From positions 96,001 to 160,000 of the forward strand of contig CAVXDX010000003.1 of assembly GCA_963760615.1 (NCBI GenBank): a stretch of 64,000 nt of DNA. The letters are read 5' to 3'. The DNA comes from an uncultured Candidatus Micrarchaeota archaeon. Lineage in GTDB: Archaea > Micrarchaeota > Micrarchaeia > Burarchaeales > Fermentimicrarchaeaceae. Of this stretch, positions 1 to 10,693 are shown piece by piece. Within the stretch, counting starts at the first letter, position 1. Each line of letters begins with the position of its first letter. The notes beneath the pieces were generated by a model, which was given only the letters and a program-made list of their open reading frames with translations, made no database searches and was not told the origin of the DNA. The position numbers and the translations under genes were made by a program.

Positions 1-200
1 TTTCTTAGCGAGTCCTCATCCTTGATATTAAGCTTCACGCATCCCTTGTCCGACTTGTGCAGTATCTCATTCGATAGTACTTTAAGGGCAACAGGATATC
101 TTGCAGCCTTGATAGCTTCGTCAACATTTTCCACAACGCTGCTTTCTGCAAAATTTATATCATATTTTTTAATTAGCGCGATGGCGTCGGCATGTTCCAT
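1..200 (-). CDS. acdB: ADP-forming acetate--CoA ligase beta subunit (ATP-grasp), partial, runs off left edge
   Basis: Manual translation from ATG at 200: MEHADAIALIKKYDINF...YPVALKVLSNEILHKSDKGCVKLNIKDE. Matches the YPVxLK...HKSDxGGVxLNI ATP-grasp motif. Not in ORF track. Confidence 0.8.
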   Translation of the reverse strand, partial: MEHADAIALIKKYDINFAESSVVENVDEAIKAARYPVALKVLSNEILHKSDKGCVKLNIKDEDSLR

Positions 201-209
201 TCTAACAAC

Positions 210-932
210 CTACTTCTTAAAAATGAGATATAAAGCAGCCAATATGCATACTACAACTATCAAAGCACCTACAACATAGACTGCCAGCTGCATTGGATGC
301 TTCCTGAGATTCTCCATGTAATACTCCATCTTAGCCTTCCTCTTTGTAGCGCTATCGAGAGTTACGGGACCTGCAGGCGCAGGCGGCATCTCAGGTGCAG
401 CAGGTGCTGGCGGAGCAACCGCCTCGGCAGGTGCGCTCTCCCCTGTGACTACTATCTGCTCCTCTGGAGTCTTCTCGCTCTTTATGGAGCCGACTTTCTT
501 GAACCCATCCTCAGTAATGCTCAAGCTTATCTTGATATTCCTTATGGAATAGCTCACCAAATCCTGTTTCACAAGCTTGTGTATGCGCAGCGCCAGATCG
601 CCGCTCCTTATGTTGAGTTCGTTTTTAATCTCCTCCGGGTCTTTATGCCCAGCAACTATCTTCTGGAGTATTGCCAAGTCCAGCTCATCAACTGCCTCCT
701 TCGCCTTCTCATCCGCCACCTCAAGCATTCTGGCTCCGACCTCCGTTACCTCCACCTCGCTGTTCCCAAAGTGGCTAGTCTTGAAGTCTATGTACCCCTT
801 CTGCTTCACAGTGGCAAGAACATTTGCGGATTCAAAGAATTGTGAGTTTATCTTTGGGCCGAACTTCTCCATCACTGTGCCTGGCTCTATTCTCTGCAGT
901 ATAACCAAGTCCGTAAAAGTTAGCTCTTCCAC
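210..932 (-). CDS. Hypothetical protein: two winged-helix-like repeats, Pro/Ala linker, C-terminal TM anchor
   Basis: Two MarR-like segments (LVILQRI...KGYI...EVTEVG; LAILQKI...LVKQDLV...ITEDG), an APPAPAAPEMPPAP linker and a hydrophobic tail followed by KK. Confidence 0.6.
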   Translation of the reverse strand: MEELTFTDLVILQRIEPGTVMEKFGPKINSQFFESANVLATVKQKGYIDFKTSHFGNSEVEVTEVGARMLEVADEKAKEAVDELDLAILQKIVAGHKDPEEIKNELNIRSGDLALRIHKLVKQDLVSYSIRNIKISLSITEDGFKKVGSIKSEKTPEEQIVVTGESAPAEAVAPPAPAAPEMPPAPAGPVTLDSATKRKAKMEYYMENLRKHPMQLAVYVVGALIVVVCILAALYLIFKK

Positions 933-1069
933 GATAAGCTTTTTCTATTTAACTTTTAAATAGTTATTGGTCAACTACCACCTACTATTAACTATTAAAT
1001 ATTGTGCAGTATATCTAAATATAGACGAAGGAACTAATGAATCATACAATTTAAAAGAGGTAAAAAGTG

Positions 1070-2311
1070 ATGAAGTTTAGTTTTCTTGGGGGCGCCGGAG
1101 AGGTTGGCAGGTCTGCTTACCTCATTGAGGACAAAAAAAGGCTCCTTCTTGAATATGGAATAAAACTGCACCAGCGAACAGAATACCCCTTGCCATTTCA
1201 GGGCTTTATTGACTATTCAATAATCTCCCATGCGCACCTTGACCACTCCGGCTTTATACCTGCAATATACGAATACTGCTCGCCTCCGTGCATAGCAACC
1301 TACCCCACCCAGGCTCTCAGTACCCTGCTGGTAAAGGATTCCATAAAAGTCCAGAGAATGAAGAAGCAGAAGGTGAATTTCTCAGGCAACAGCTTCAGGA
1401 AGATGCTGAGCAACTTCATACCACTACCCTACGGGCAGAGCTTCTCCCTTTCAGATGGCATGTCACTGACTTTCACAGATGCAGGTCATATTCCCGGCAG
1501 TGCGATAAGCACAATACAGATTGGCGGTAAAAAGGTTGTCTACACAGGTGATTTCAAGCTCGGCGATACGTGGATGCACAAGGGAGCCGAGTGCGTGGAG
1601 GAATGCGATGTTCTGCTCATAGAGAGCACCTACTCCCAGAGGGAGCATCCTGACAGGAAAAAACTTGAGGAGGAGTTCTACTCGGAAGTAACCTCTGTGC
1701 TGGAGAGGGGCGGAAACGCCCTTCTGCCCTGTTTTGCGGTTGGTAGGAGCCAGGAAATCATTCAAATGCTGCGATATTTTGATGAGGACATGAAGATATT
1801 CTTTGATGGTATGGCGCAGACTGCCTCTGAGATAATGCTTGATTACCCAAGCTACATGCGGGATGCAAGATACCTAGCAAACTGCCTCAGGACAGCGGAG
1901 TGGGTGAGCAGCCCTGGTCAGAGAAGAAAAGCTCTCTCAAAACCAAGCGTTATAATCTCTCCGGCAGGAATGCTCGAAGGAGGGCCATCTCTGAAGTATG
2001 CACTTGGTTTAAATGAAGAGTCCGAAATAATACTTACGGGCTTCCAGGTGCCTGGCACAAACGGACAGATGCTTATGGACCAGCACAAGATGAGGGTTAA
2101 CGGGATAGTGCATGATGTGAAGGCCCTCGTAAAATACTTTGATTTCAGCGCCCATGCCTCAAGATCAGATTTATTCAGGTTTGTTGAGAGAGCATCTCCA
2201 GAGAAAATATTCTGCGTGCACGGTGATACCTGCCGGGAGTTTGCTGAGGAGCTCCGAGCAAAAGGTTATGATGCTGTTGCTCCCGCCAATGGAGAGTCGT
2301 TCGTGGTTTAG
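1070..2311 (+). CDS. MBL-fold beta-CASP ribonuclease (aCPSF-like)
   Basis: FLGGAGEVGRS, SHAHLDHSG, DAGHIPGS, YTGD, ESTY and FSAHA motifs. Confidence 0.9.
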   Translation: MKFSFLGGAGEVGRSAYLIEDKKRLLLEYGIKLHQRTEYPLPFQGFIDYSIISHAHLDHSGFIPAIYEYCSPPCIATYPTQALSTLLVKDSIKVQRMKKQKVNFSGNSFRKMLSNFIPLPYGQSFSLSDGMSLTFTDAGHIPGSAISTIQIGGKKVVYTGDFKLGDTWMHKGAECVEECDVLLIESTYSQREHPDRKKLEEEFYSEVTSVLERGGNALLPCFAVGRSQEIIQMLRYFDEDMKIFFDGMAQTASEIMLDYPSYMRDARYLANCLRTAEWVSSPGQRRKALSKPSVIISPAGMLEGGPSLKYALGLNEESEIILTGFQVPGTNGQMLMDQHKMRVNGIVHDVKALVKYFDFSAHASRSDLFRFVERASPEKIFCVHGDTCREFAEELRAKGYDAVAPANGESFVV

Positions 2312-2319
2312 GTGGTCTG

Positions 2320-3468
2320 ATGGAAATATGCATGCTTGACCCGCTCTTCTACCCATACTTCGGAGGCACTGAAAAGGTAGTCTACGAGTTCGGCAAGCGG
2401 CTCGCCAGGAAGCACGGAATAAGCATACTCACATCTCGCATACCAGGTACCCCTCCCTATGAGGAAATTGAGGGCATGAAGGTATACCGAACCCCGTGCA
2501 TATACCTGAAGAACCTCCCATCGTTCATGCCTCCCCCTTATACAATTTCCCCTTTTCTTCCAAGAGACATACTGAAGAGGTCTGAGGCTGACATCTTTCA
2601 CATCCACTGCAGGTATTTCTACTACCTGGAAACGCTCATCCCGATAAAGTACATCATGCGGAAGAAGCTGATGCTCACTCTCCACAATGCCAAGCCAGAG
2701 GGCATATCATTCATGACTGACAAGTCCGCTGCCCTTTACGACATGGTTTGGGGTTACCGCATAATGGAGAACTGCGACAGGATAGCTGCGGTGAGCAGGT
2801 ACACCAAAGAGGTGACTGTTCCCAGCTACCTCCAGCGCAATACCGAGGTGGTATACAACGGGGTTGATGAGAAACGTTTCAAGCCAAGGAAGGACAGCCC
2901 GGTTAGAGAAAAATTCATAGCTGGAGAAGGGCCGCTTCTCTTGACAAATGGGAGGCTGGTGCAGCAGAAAGGGATGCACCACCTCATAGAGGCCCTCTAC
3001 ATGCTCAAAAAATACTTCAAGAATGCAAAACTGATAATCATAGGGAAAGGACCTCTGAAGGATGAGCTTGCCAGCCAGTGCTTCAGGCTCGGGGTGCAGG
3101 ATTCAGTCACTTTCGTGACAGGCATACCGGAGGAAGAGCTTCCGCTCTACTACAACGCTGCAGATCTTTTCGTTCTGCCAACCCTCTGGGAGCCTTCTGC
3201 AGTTGTGCTTTACGAAGCGCTTGCGTCAGGCAAGGCAATAGTAACCACCAAGGTTGGGGGGAACCCTGAGATAGTGAGCGGCAAGTGCGGGATGCTTGTT
3301 CCACCGCGCAACCCGGCAGCGCTATGTGAAAAGATGAAGCTTCTGCTTGAGGATGACCAGCTCAGGAAAAGAATGGAGAAAAACTCAAGGGATAGGGCAG
3401 TTGAGAATTTTACTTGGGATATTGCCGCTAAGAGGTATGAGAGCATATACCGGCGCATTCTCTCATAG
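2320..3468 (+). CDS. Glycosyltransferase family 4
   Basis: GGTEKVV, GRLVQQKG, ADLFVLPTLWEPSAVVLYEALASG. Confidence 0.9.
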   Translation: MEICMLDPLFYPYFGGTEKVVYEFGKRLARKHGISILTSRIPGTPPYEEIEGMKVYRTPCIYLKNLPSFMPPPYTISPFLPRDILKRSEADIFHIHCRYFYYLETLIPIKYIMRKKLMLTLHNAKPEGISFMTDKSAALYDMVWGYRIMENCDRIAAVSRYTKEVTVPSYLQRNTEVVYNGVDEKRFKPRKDSPVREKFIAGEGPLLLTNGRLVQQKGMHHLIEALYMLKKYFKNAKLIIIGKGPLKDELASQCFRLGVQDSVTFVTGIPEEELPLYYNAADLFVLPTLWEPSAVVLYEALASGKAIVTTKVGGNPEIVSGKCGMLVPPRNPAALCEKMKLLLEDDQLRKRMEKNSRDRAVENFTWDIAAKRYESIYRRILS

Positions 3469-4167
3469 TCACTTGTAAAACTTGTACTCATCCGAAGTTC
3501 CTTTTTTAAGTATGTACAGATCAATATATGCCTTCCAGTAGTGCAAAGTTTCCCTCACATAACCTGCCTTCTCAAATCTCCTTGTCGAAGTGACAACAAC
3601 CAGGGATGGGTCAAAGACTACCCTGCCAAGCTTCTTAATTCTGTTTGGGAATTCATTGTCATCCAGCGTCCTGATTTTCTCGTTATACCCCCCAGCCTTC
3701 TCATAGGCATCCCTCCTGAATGAGGAATTTGACCCCTGGAATACCATGAAGTTTAGCAACTTGGCAAGCCTCGGGAAGTAGTTCGTTGTAACCTTGAAGA
3801 TGAGCCTGTGCTTGAGCTTGTTCTCGGCAGGCGCTATAGGTCCGCCAACTGCAACAACATCCCTGTCCTCAAAATGCTTTGCTATCTTTGCCAGCCAATC
3901 TGAAGGGTATGCAGAATCTCCGTCTGTGTGGACAACAATATCACCTTTGGATTCCCTCACCCCGCGGTTTCTTGCAAGGGGGACTCCCCTCCTCGGCTCG
4001 TAGATGACCCTGCCCTTGTATTTTTTTATTATCTCCAAAGTCCCGTCAGTGCTTCCTGAGTCAACTACCACTATCTCAAAATCCTTGAATGTCTGCCTGC
4101 TGAGCGACTTCATGCACCTTGAAATGACCTTGCCCTCATTCAGAGTTGGGATTATCACGGATATCAT
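3469..4167 (-). CDS. Glycosyltransferase family 2
   Basis: ISVIIPTLNE, VVDSGSTDGT, TDGD (DxD). Start moved to ATG 4167, which overlaps the upstream stop (ATGA). Confidence 0.9.
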   Translation of the reverse strand: MISVIIPTLNEGKVISRCMKSLSRQTFKDFEIVVVDSGSTDGTLEIIKKYKGRVIYEPRRGVPLARNRGVRESKGDIVVHTDGDSAYPSDWLAKIAKHFEDRDVVAVGGPIAPAENKLKHRLIFKVTTNYFPRLAKLLNFMVFQGSNSSFRRDAYEKAGGYNEKIRTLDDNEFPNRIKKLGRVVFDPSLVVVTSTRRFEKAGYVRETLHYWKAYIDLYILKKGTSDEYKFYK

Positions 4168-5306
4168 AATACCATCTTCTCGTAAAGCTTCACCATCCTG
4201 GTTGCGCAATTCTCAATGGAGAACTCCTCTGCACTCTTCCTTGCATTCCCACTCAGCTCCTTGCCCTTCTTCAATGCCTTTATAATCTTCTCGGCGCATT
4301 CCTCGGGGTCATCCGGGTTGAACTTGTAGCCGTTGTAATCCTCCCTTATTATCTCTTTCAGAGCAAGGTAGTCCGCTCCAACAACTGGCTTGCCGCTTGC
4401 CATTGCCTCTTGGACTACTATACCCTGGGTTTCGAATTTGGAAGGTATTACGAAGACATCTGCAGCCGCATAGACCAGAGGTATCTTGTCAGGAGGGATG
4501 ACCTCATTCACGAAGTGGAACCACTTTCCAACCCCGGTTTTGCCTACAAGCTTCTTGTAGTAGCTGAATGCCGGCCCCTCGCCGACTATGACAAATCTTG
4601 CATCTGAGAATTCCTCAAGCACTATGAGTGAGGATTTTATGAGAACATCCAGATTCTTTTCAAGCACAAGCCTCCCAACATTGAGGATAATTTTATTCTT
4701 CTCCATGCACCACTCCTTCCTTATGGCACTTCCGTCATTATCAGGATTGAACTTCTTTATGTCTATGCCAGTTGGTATGACATATATGCCCGTAAGCCCC
4801 CTCTCCTCAAGCATCTCCTTTATGACCACGCTTGGCGCCACTACTGCACTGCATTGGTTGTAGTACCACTCCAGATACCTCCAAGTGAACCTCTCCATCA
4901 TCCCCTTGACAAACCTGGCATTGGATATGTAATGGGTTGCCTGGGTAACTAGAGTGTGGAAGGTGCTCACCAGGGGGAGCTTGTTGCTCTTTGCTGCCTC
5001 AACAGCTGCGAGCCCCATAGTTGCCATCCCGTGGGAGTGGATTATATTTATCCCAAGCTCCTTTACTTTTTTCTGGGAAGTGAATGGAAACAGCGCTATC
5101 CTATACATGGGGTACGGCCTAAAGGGGGTTGAGGTATAGTAAAACACCCTCTTATCCCTGTTCTCTCTTTTTGCTTTCCTGTCGCCTGCTGCAAAAATAT
5201 ACACCTCATGCCCCATGTCCTCAAGCGCATTCTTGAATATAAGTATTGAAGTGACCACACCGTCCTTGTTTGGCAGGTAGGTCTCCGTGTAGTATGCAAT
5301 TTTCAT
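4164..5306 (-). CDS. Glycosyltransferase family 4
   Basis: MKIAYYTETYLPNKDGVV, GRLVLEKN, ADVFVIPSKFETQGIVVQEAMASG. Start refined to 5306. Confidence 0.9.
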   Translation of the reverse strand: MKIAYYTETYLPNKDGVVTSILIFKNALEDMGHEVYIFAAGDRKAKRENRDKRVFYYTSTPFRPYPMYRIALFPFTSQKKVKELGINIIHSHGMATMGLAAVEAAKSNKLPLVSTFHTLVTQATHYISNARFVKGMMERFTWRYLEWYYNQCSAVVAPSVVIKEMLEERGLTGIYVIPTGIDIKKFNPDNDGSAIRKEWCMEKNKIILNVGRLVLEKNLDVLIKSSLIVLEEFSDARFVIVGEGPAFSYYKKLVGKTGVGKWFHFVNEVIPPDKIPLVYAAADVFVIPSKFETQGIVVQEAMASGKPVVGADYLALKEIIREDYNGYKFNPDDPEECAEKIIKALKKGKELSGNARKSAEEFSIENCATRMVKLYEKMVL

Positions 5307-5356
5307 GTTTTCCAATATGCCGATTAGGGTATTTATTAATTTCATTGGATCTGTTC

Positions 5357-7147
5357 CTAAATCTTGGCTATTGCCCATAGCGCAAATAGTGCGGCGCCAA
5401 GGAAGAGGAGAGGCGCAACTACCCTCATAACGGCAACTATGGAGTTGACAGTCCCTATGAGCTGTTGTGACTGACTCACCCCAAAGACTCTAACTCCCTC
5501 AACCTTCTCAACCCGCATATCCGCCTCAACGCTTTCAAGGTTCTTCCCTGCCCTGGAGATGCACTGGCACGCCCTTCTGACAATCTCCTCGCTTTTGATT
5601 CTGCCAATCGGGTTTATAACACCGCTGACGGTATTTGCGCTGTGCGAATCGGTTGTCATTACCTCGCATCCAACTCCCATCTCCTTCGCTGAATTTATTA
5701 TCTCTTTTCTAACGCTTGGCAATATGCTGTTGCCGTCGAAGAGTACGAATGCGAATTTCTCCCCATCAAGCTCAAAGAGAGCAACCTTCATACCGTCTCT
5801 GCCAACCGCTGCCTCCTTTCCCAAGTCTATCAAGGAATCTGCTGCTACCCCCAACCTAACAGGTCTATCCTTTCCCCTTTTTTCAACTGCCTTCCCAACA
5901 GCATCCATATATTCAAAGCTCAGTGGGTCGCCTGCTTCAACTCTGGTTATCTCTCCGGTTTCAGCATTATGGGCATCTGCAACCATCGCCTCCTCAAGAC
6001 CGCTTGCCAATGCCTTGTTCCTGAAAGCCAACCCCAGGGAGAAGTCTATATCCTCAGTTGTCCTGGGTGCCCTTGTCAGAGCGATGAACCCCTTGCCATT
6101 GACAGCGAGGCTATACGCCCTGCATGTCTCGCTTTTCCCGAGGGATATGCTCCCAAGAGCTTTCTTGAAGTGCATTTCCCCAAGGGCGTCCTGCGTCTTT
6201 TTTATGAATTTCACCACTTCCTCAGATGAAGCAGGATTGAAGTCGTGCGTTGCAGTGCCATGAAACACCATAACCTCCGCGTCCGTTGCCTCCTTCACTG
6301 CATTCGACAAAAGGTAAGGGAACTCGCTGCCACCGAGATTCCCGAAAGGCCCGAAATGGACATAGGGAATTAGGAGCACGCACTTCAGCTTATTCTTCGC
6401 CTTGAAAGCCATGACACCGAGCAGGGTGTCAATCTCAACGCCAACTTCATCAAATATATCCTCAAGCTTCTTCGACCTTTCAAACCATTGCGCGAGGAAA
6501 AGACTCCCGGCCTCAATTCCAGAGACGCCAAAAGTTCTCTTCATCGGGGCATTCACAAGCCAGAACATCGCGTAGACTGCCACAAGGAAGATTGATGATG
6601 CAAAGTAAAGCTTCAGAAGAACGAGTTCCGGGGTAGCCTCTGATGCAATGGGGCCGTACGCCATGAAGAACACCATGTTGAGTGTGGGCTGCGCTATGCC
6701 AAAGAACAGCGTGCTTTTCCTTGCATTGAAAAGGATATATGCAACCGAGAACCACAGGGCGAAGACCAGTGCATTCCCAACCAGCATGACATTGAAGCTG
6801 CTCACCATGTCGAATTTATTAGTCTGAATCAACCTTGCCGCTATGTAGAAAAGGGAGTAGACCATTGCGGATACAAATGAGACGAATAGAATCTTCTTGA
6901 ATCTAACTCTCCTCTTCACTAAAAAGCATATAGCAGAGGAGAGCACTGCTGGAACTCCAATTATGAATAACCCCTCCCCTCCCCCGTGCGCTACGGAAAC
7001 CACCAAACTGCCTCCAGTAAGAAGGCTTGCTATAACACCCACAAAGAATGAGAAAAGCGCTATTGATACGAATATCCTGAATGATGAGGGAAGGCTTCCC
7101 GAGAGAAATCGCGTTAGCCCCACAGCCTTCTCAGTAGAATCCTGCAA
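5357..7147 (-). CDS. DUF2070 family membrane protein
   Basis: Multi-TM N-terminus followed by HFGPFGNLGGS, FHGTATHDFNP, DAHN and TTDSH motifs. Confidence 0.8.
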   Translation of the reverse strand: MQDSTEKAVGLTRFLSGSLPSSFRIFVSIALFSFFVGVIASLLTGGSLVVSVAHGGGEGLFIIGVPAVLSSAICFLVKRRVRFKKILFVSFVSAMVYSLFYIAARLIQTNKFDMVSSFNVMLVGNALVFALWFSVAYILFNARKSTLFFGIAQPTLNMVFFMAYGPIASEATPELVLLKLYFASSIFLVAVYAMFWLVNAPMKRTFGVSGIEAGSLFLAQWFERSKKLEDIFDEVGVEIDTLLGVMAFKAKNKLKCVLLIPYVHFGPFGNLGGSEFPYLLSNAVKEATDAEVMVFHGTATHDFNPASSEEVVKFIKKTQDALGEMHFKKALGSISLGKSETCRAYSLAVNGKGFIALTRAPRTTEDIDFSLGLAFRNKALASGLEEAMVADAHNAETGEITRVEAGDPLSFEYMDAVGKAVEKRGKDRPVRLGVAADSLIDLGKEAAVGRDGMKVALFELDGEKFAFVLFDGNSILPSVRKEIINSAKEMGVGCEVMTTDSHSANTVSGVINPIGRIKSEEIVRRACQCISRAGKNLESVEADMRVEKVEGVRVFGVSQSQQLIGTVNSIVAVMRVVAPLLFLGAALFALWAIAKI

Positions 7148-7151
7148 TGAT

Positions 7152-7376
7152 TCACCTGCTTGTCCTCGCTCTGCCGTTCCTGTGAGCGATAGTCCTGCTC
7201 CTGGTGGTCCTCTTAACTCCGCTCTCCTTTACCAGCTTGTCCAGTATGTAAACATTCGAGATGAATTCCATTGCGACTTCCCTGAAGCTCTTCTTTTTCT
7301 TCTGTGCTAGCTTCATCAACTCCAGTGTTATAAATCTCATCTCGGAGTTTATGGATGCAATCTCTTCCTCATACAT
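7152..7376 (-). CDS. Small hypothetical protein
   Basis: 74-aa ORF tightly packed upstream of the DUF2070 gene, with normal codon usage. Confidence 0.55.
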   Translation of the reverse strand: MYEEEIASINSEMRFITLELMKLAQKKKKSFREVAMEFISNVYILDKLVKESGVKRTTRSRTIAHRNGRARTSR

Positions 7377-7427
7377 GACTTCTCTTTCTCCGCAAAAAAA
7401 TATAAGCCTTCTCCCCCCAATCCTGTC

Positions 7428-8057
7428 ATGGAGCGTGTCTGCCCAAGATGCGGTGCTCTAAGCGGAACTAAGAAATTCTTCGGGGATTTCTGCGAGGACT
7501 GTTATCTAGACACTATAAACCTGAAATTTCCCGCTAGAATTGAAATTCAAATCTGCAAGATATGCGGAAAGGCTAGAGTCTCAAAGTGGGAGGAGCTCAA
7601 TAAGACCAATCTCGAGAATATTGTAAAGAAGAATGTTGAAGGCAATTACGACAGCTTTCATGTCTCCCATCTTGGAGGGGACCAGTATGAAGTTACATTT
7701 CTTGTAAGCAGGGGCTCCAACTATTTTGAGGTGAAGAAAAGGTTCTCACTGAAGATGAATAAATCCATCTGCGAGGACTGCTCCCGGGCGACCTCAGGAT
7801 ACTACGAGGCCATAATACAGGTTAGAGGCAGGAATGTCCAAAGATGGGCTGAAAAAATAATGAGAGAGCTGAAGGGAAGGACGTTTGTGAGCAAGTATCT
7901 GGAGCTTGATGAAGGTATTGACATATACGTGGGCTCAAAAAAGGAGGCTGCAGAAGCTCTTGGTGTCCTAAAACGCAAGCCCTCAATCTCTGACAAGCTC
8001 TACGGAGTGAAGGATGGGAGAAGAGTTTACAGAAGAACATACTGCATCAGGGTCTAA
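7428..8057 (+). CDS. NMD3 family ribosome biogenesis protein
   Basis: CPRCG..FCEDC, ICKICG, CEDCSR...YYEAIIQVRG, GIDIYVGS. Confidence 0.85.
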   Translation: MERVCPRCGALSGTKKFFGDFCEDCYLDTINLKFPARIEIQICKICGKARVSKWEELNKTNLENIVKKNVEGNYDSFHVSHLGGDQYEVTFLVSRGSNYFEVKKRFSLKMNKSICEDCSRATSGYYEAIIQVRGRNVQRWAEKIMRELKGRTFVSKYLELDEGIDIYVGSKKEAAEALGVLKRKPSISDKLYGVKDGRRVYRRTYCIRV

Positions 8058-8058
8058 T

Positions 8059-8469
8059 CTACCTGACAACCTTGAACTTGAAACCGTAATGAATCAAACC
8101 CTCCTTGCCGTCCTCCTGAATCTTCCTGAAAATCATCTCAACGGGCGTTCCTATCTTCACCTCTTTGGGGTCGGAGTCTACTATCTGTGCTGTTAGTTTC
8201 GGTCCCTCCACCAGCTCTACAATTGCCATCAGATACGGAGCATCCAGCTCAAAACCAGTGGGAGGGGAGTATATGACAGTGTACGAGTGCACCTTGCCTT
8301 TTCCTGAGAACTTCACTTCTCTCATCTTGCCTTTTCTCCTGCATTTTGGGCACATCTTCCTTACTGGGAAATACCTAGTCTTGCAATTCTCGCACTCGCT
8401 CCCGATAAGCCCATATCTCTCCGGAATCCTTCTCCATGTCATTGGGAGACCTAGATTTGCTGATGACAT
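8059..8469 (-). CDS. DUF35 Zn-ribbon/OB-fold scaffold of the thiolase-HMGCS complex
   Basis: WRRIPERYGLIGSECENC...FPVRKMCPKC, GKVHSYTVI. Adjacent to thiolase; GGTGA 4 nt before ATG 8469. Confidence 0.9.
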   Translation of the reverse strand: MSSANLGLPMTWRRIPERYGLIGSECENCKTRYFPVRKMCPKCRRKGKMREVKFSGKGKVHSYTVIYSPPTGFELDAPYLMAIVELVEGPKLTAQIVDSDPKEVKIGTPVEMIFRKIQEDGKEGLIHYGFKFKVVR

Positions 8470-8477
8470 AATTTCAC

Positions 8478-9641
8478 CTAATCCGCTCTCTTCATTATAC
8501 TCACGACGCACGTGGCACCGCTGCCTCCAACATTGTGCGTCAAGCCAATCTCAGCTCCATTAACCTGTCTCCTCTTCGCATCGCCCCTCAGCTGCCAGGT
8601 TATCTCCACCACCTGTTTCACACCTGTTGCACCCACGGGATGTCCGCATCCCTTCAGGCCACCGCTGGTGTTCACAGGTATCCTCCCGTCAAGGGCAGTT
8701 TCCCCATCCTCAATTGCCCTGCCGCCCTTGCCTTTCTTGACGAAACCCAAATCCTCATAGGCAATTATCTCAGCAATGGTGAAGCAGTCATGCACTTCGC
8801 AGACGTCAATGTCATTGGGCTTCATGCCGGCCATGTTGTATGCTTTCCTTGCGGCCTCCACAGTTGCATTCAAAGTTGTAAGAGATTTTCTGTGGTGGAG
8901 CGCAAGCGTGTCGCTTGCCTGGCTGCTTGCAATTATCTCAACGGGCGTATCAGTATACTTTCTGGCTCTCTCAAGCGGGGTCAGTATTACCGCAGCCGCG
9001 CCATCGGTTATTGGGCTGCAGTCATAGAGCTTCAAAGGCGATGCAACTTTCTTGGATTTCATGACATCCCTCACGCTTATCTCATTCTGGAAGTGCGCAT
9101 AGGGGTTCTTCGAAGCATTGGAGTGGTTCTTCACAGCAACCATAGCCATCTGCTCCTCTGTTGTGCCGAACTCGTGCATGTGCCTCCTGGCCATGAAAGC
9201 ATATAACGCAGGGAATGTTGCTCCCATGAAGAGCTCCCATTCCTGGTCCCCAGCTCCTCCAAGGGCGACTGTTGCATCTCCTACGGGCACATCCGTCATC
9301 TTCTCAACTCCCCCGACAACTACAATGTCGTGCAGCCCGCTTCCTACAGCCAGATACCCTGTTCTCAGGGCAACTCCACCTGATGCGCATGCAGCCTCCA
9401 CTCTTGTTGCGGGAATTGGGTTTAACCCCATGTAGTCAGCAATGAGCGCAGTTATGTGCTCCTGCCCTATGAGTCTGCCGGCAGCCATCGTTCCCCCGTA
9501 TATGGCATCTATCTCCTTGCCGGACATGTTGGCATCTTCTATTGCCTTCACTCCTGCCTCGGCTATGAGGTCCCTGAAGCCTCTCTCCCAATCCTCTCCA
9601 AACTTGGTCATTGCCGCTCCAACTATTGCAACCCTTCTCAT
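8478..9641 (-). CDS. Acetoacetyl-CoA thiolase (archaeal)
   Basis: [35 protein letters not shown]. Confidence 0.95.
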   Translation of the reverse strand: MRRVAIVGAAMTKFGEDWERGFRDLIAEAGVKAIEDANMSGKEIDAIYGGTMAAGRLIGQEHITALIADYMGLNPIPATRVEAACASGGVALRTGYLAVGSGLHDIVVVGGVEKMTDVPVGDATVALGGAGDQEWELFMGATFPALYAFMARRHMHEFGTTEEQMAMVAVKNHSNASKNPYAHFQNEISVRDVMKSKKVASPLKLYDCSPITDGAAAVILTPLERARKYTDTPVEIIASSQASDTLALHHRKSLTTLNATVEAARKAYNMAGMKPNDIDVCEVHDCFTIAEIIAYEDLGFVKKGKGGRAIEDGETALDGRIPVNTSGGLKGCGHPVGATGVKQVVEITWQLRGDAKRRQVNGAEIGLTHNVGGSGATCVVSIMKRAD

Positions 9642-9650
9642 GTCATCTAC

Positions 9651-10685
9651 CTACAATGTTTTTAGCTTCCTCCTCTGCTTGACGTAAAGGCCATAATCAA
9701 GATACTCCTTCTCTCCTATGTACTGGAAGACCGTCCTGTTCTTCCCCCTCATCTCAAGAATCTTGTCAGTTACGACTATGCTGAATGAGTCACTACCGGC
9801 GCCGCTGCCAAAAGAAGTTAGAAGTATTCTGCTCCCAGGCTTAGCCACATCAAGAACAGATGCGAACCCTATGAGCGATGCAGCGGAGTAGGTGTTGCCT
9901 ATCAATGGGGTCAGCAGCCCCTGCTTCACCTTGCTTGGGTCTATTCCAAGCATCTTGGCAACCTGAAGCGGGAATTTACCGTTTGGCTGGTGGAATACCG
10001 CATAATCAAAGTCCTCAGCCTTCAAACTCAGCTTCTCCATCAGCTCCTTTGATGCGCTGACAGTATGCTTGAAATATGCCGGCTCTCCTGTGAACCTCCC
10101 TCCATGGCTCGGGAAATCCATCCCCGGCCTCCTCCAGAAGTCTGGCGTATCAGTAGTATAAGAGCACGTCCCTTCTATCTCTGCTATTATCTTATCCCTG
10201 CCAATGACGAATGCAGCGGCTCCTGCTCCTGCGCTGTACTCCAGAGCATCGCCAGGTCTTCCCTGGGAGATATCTGTTCCCACACCAAGCCCGTACTCAA
10301 TCATGCCCGAGCTGCACATTCCCATGCAGCACTGAATTGCCGTTGTACCCGCCTTGCAGGCGAACTGCATGTCAACCGCAGTGAGGTGTGGTGTCGAGCC
10401 AACTGCCTCTGCAACAATTGTCGCCGTTGGCTTGACTGCATAGGGATGTGACTCAGAGCCGATGAATATTGCCTTTATCCTCTTTGGGTCGATGCCACAA
10501 CGTCGTATGGCATTCCTGCTTGCCTCAACAGCCAGTGTGGCGGCATCCTCATCCATCCCCGGGACACTCTTCTCTATTATTCCCAGTCCATCCGCCCCTC
10601 CCTCCTCCCCCCATACCCTTGCTATCTCCGTAGCCTTAATTCTGTAGCGCGGTATGTGAACTCCGTAGCCTACTATACCAATCAT
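9651..10685 (-). CDS. Hydroxymethylglutaryl-CoA synthase
   Basis: [42 protein letters not shown]. Confidence 0.95.
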   Translation of the reverse strand: MIGIVGYGVHIPRYRIKATEIARVWGEEGGADGLGIIEKSVPGMDEDAATLAVEASRNAIRRCGIDPKRIKAIFIGSESHPYAVKPTATIVAEAVGSTPHLTAVDMQFACKAGTTAIQCCMGMCSSGMIEYGLGVGTDISQGRPGDALEYSAGAGAAAFVIGRDKIIAEIEGTCSYTTDTPDFWRRPGMDFPSHGGRFTGEPAYFKHTVSASKELMEKLSLKAEDFDYAVFHQPNGKFPLQVAKMLGIDPSKVKQGLLTPLIGNTYSAASLIGFASVLDVAKPGSRILLTSFGSGAGSDSFSIVVTDKILEMRGKNRTVFQYIGEKEYLDYGLYVKQRRKLKTL

Positions 10686-10693
10686 ATTCTCCC

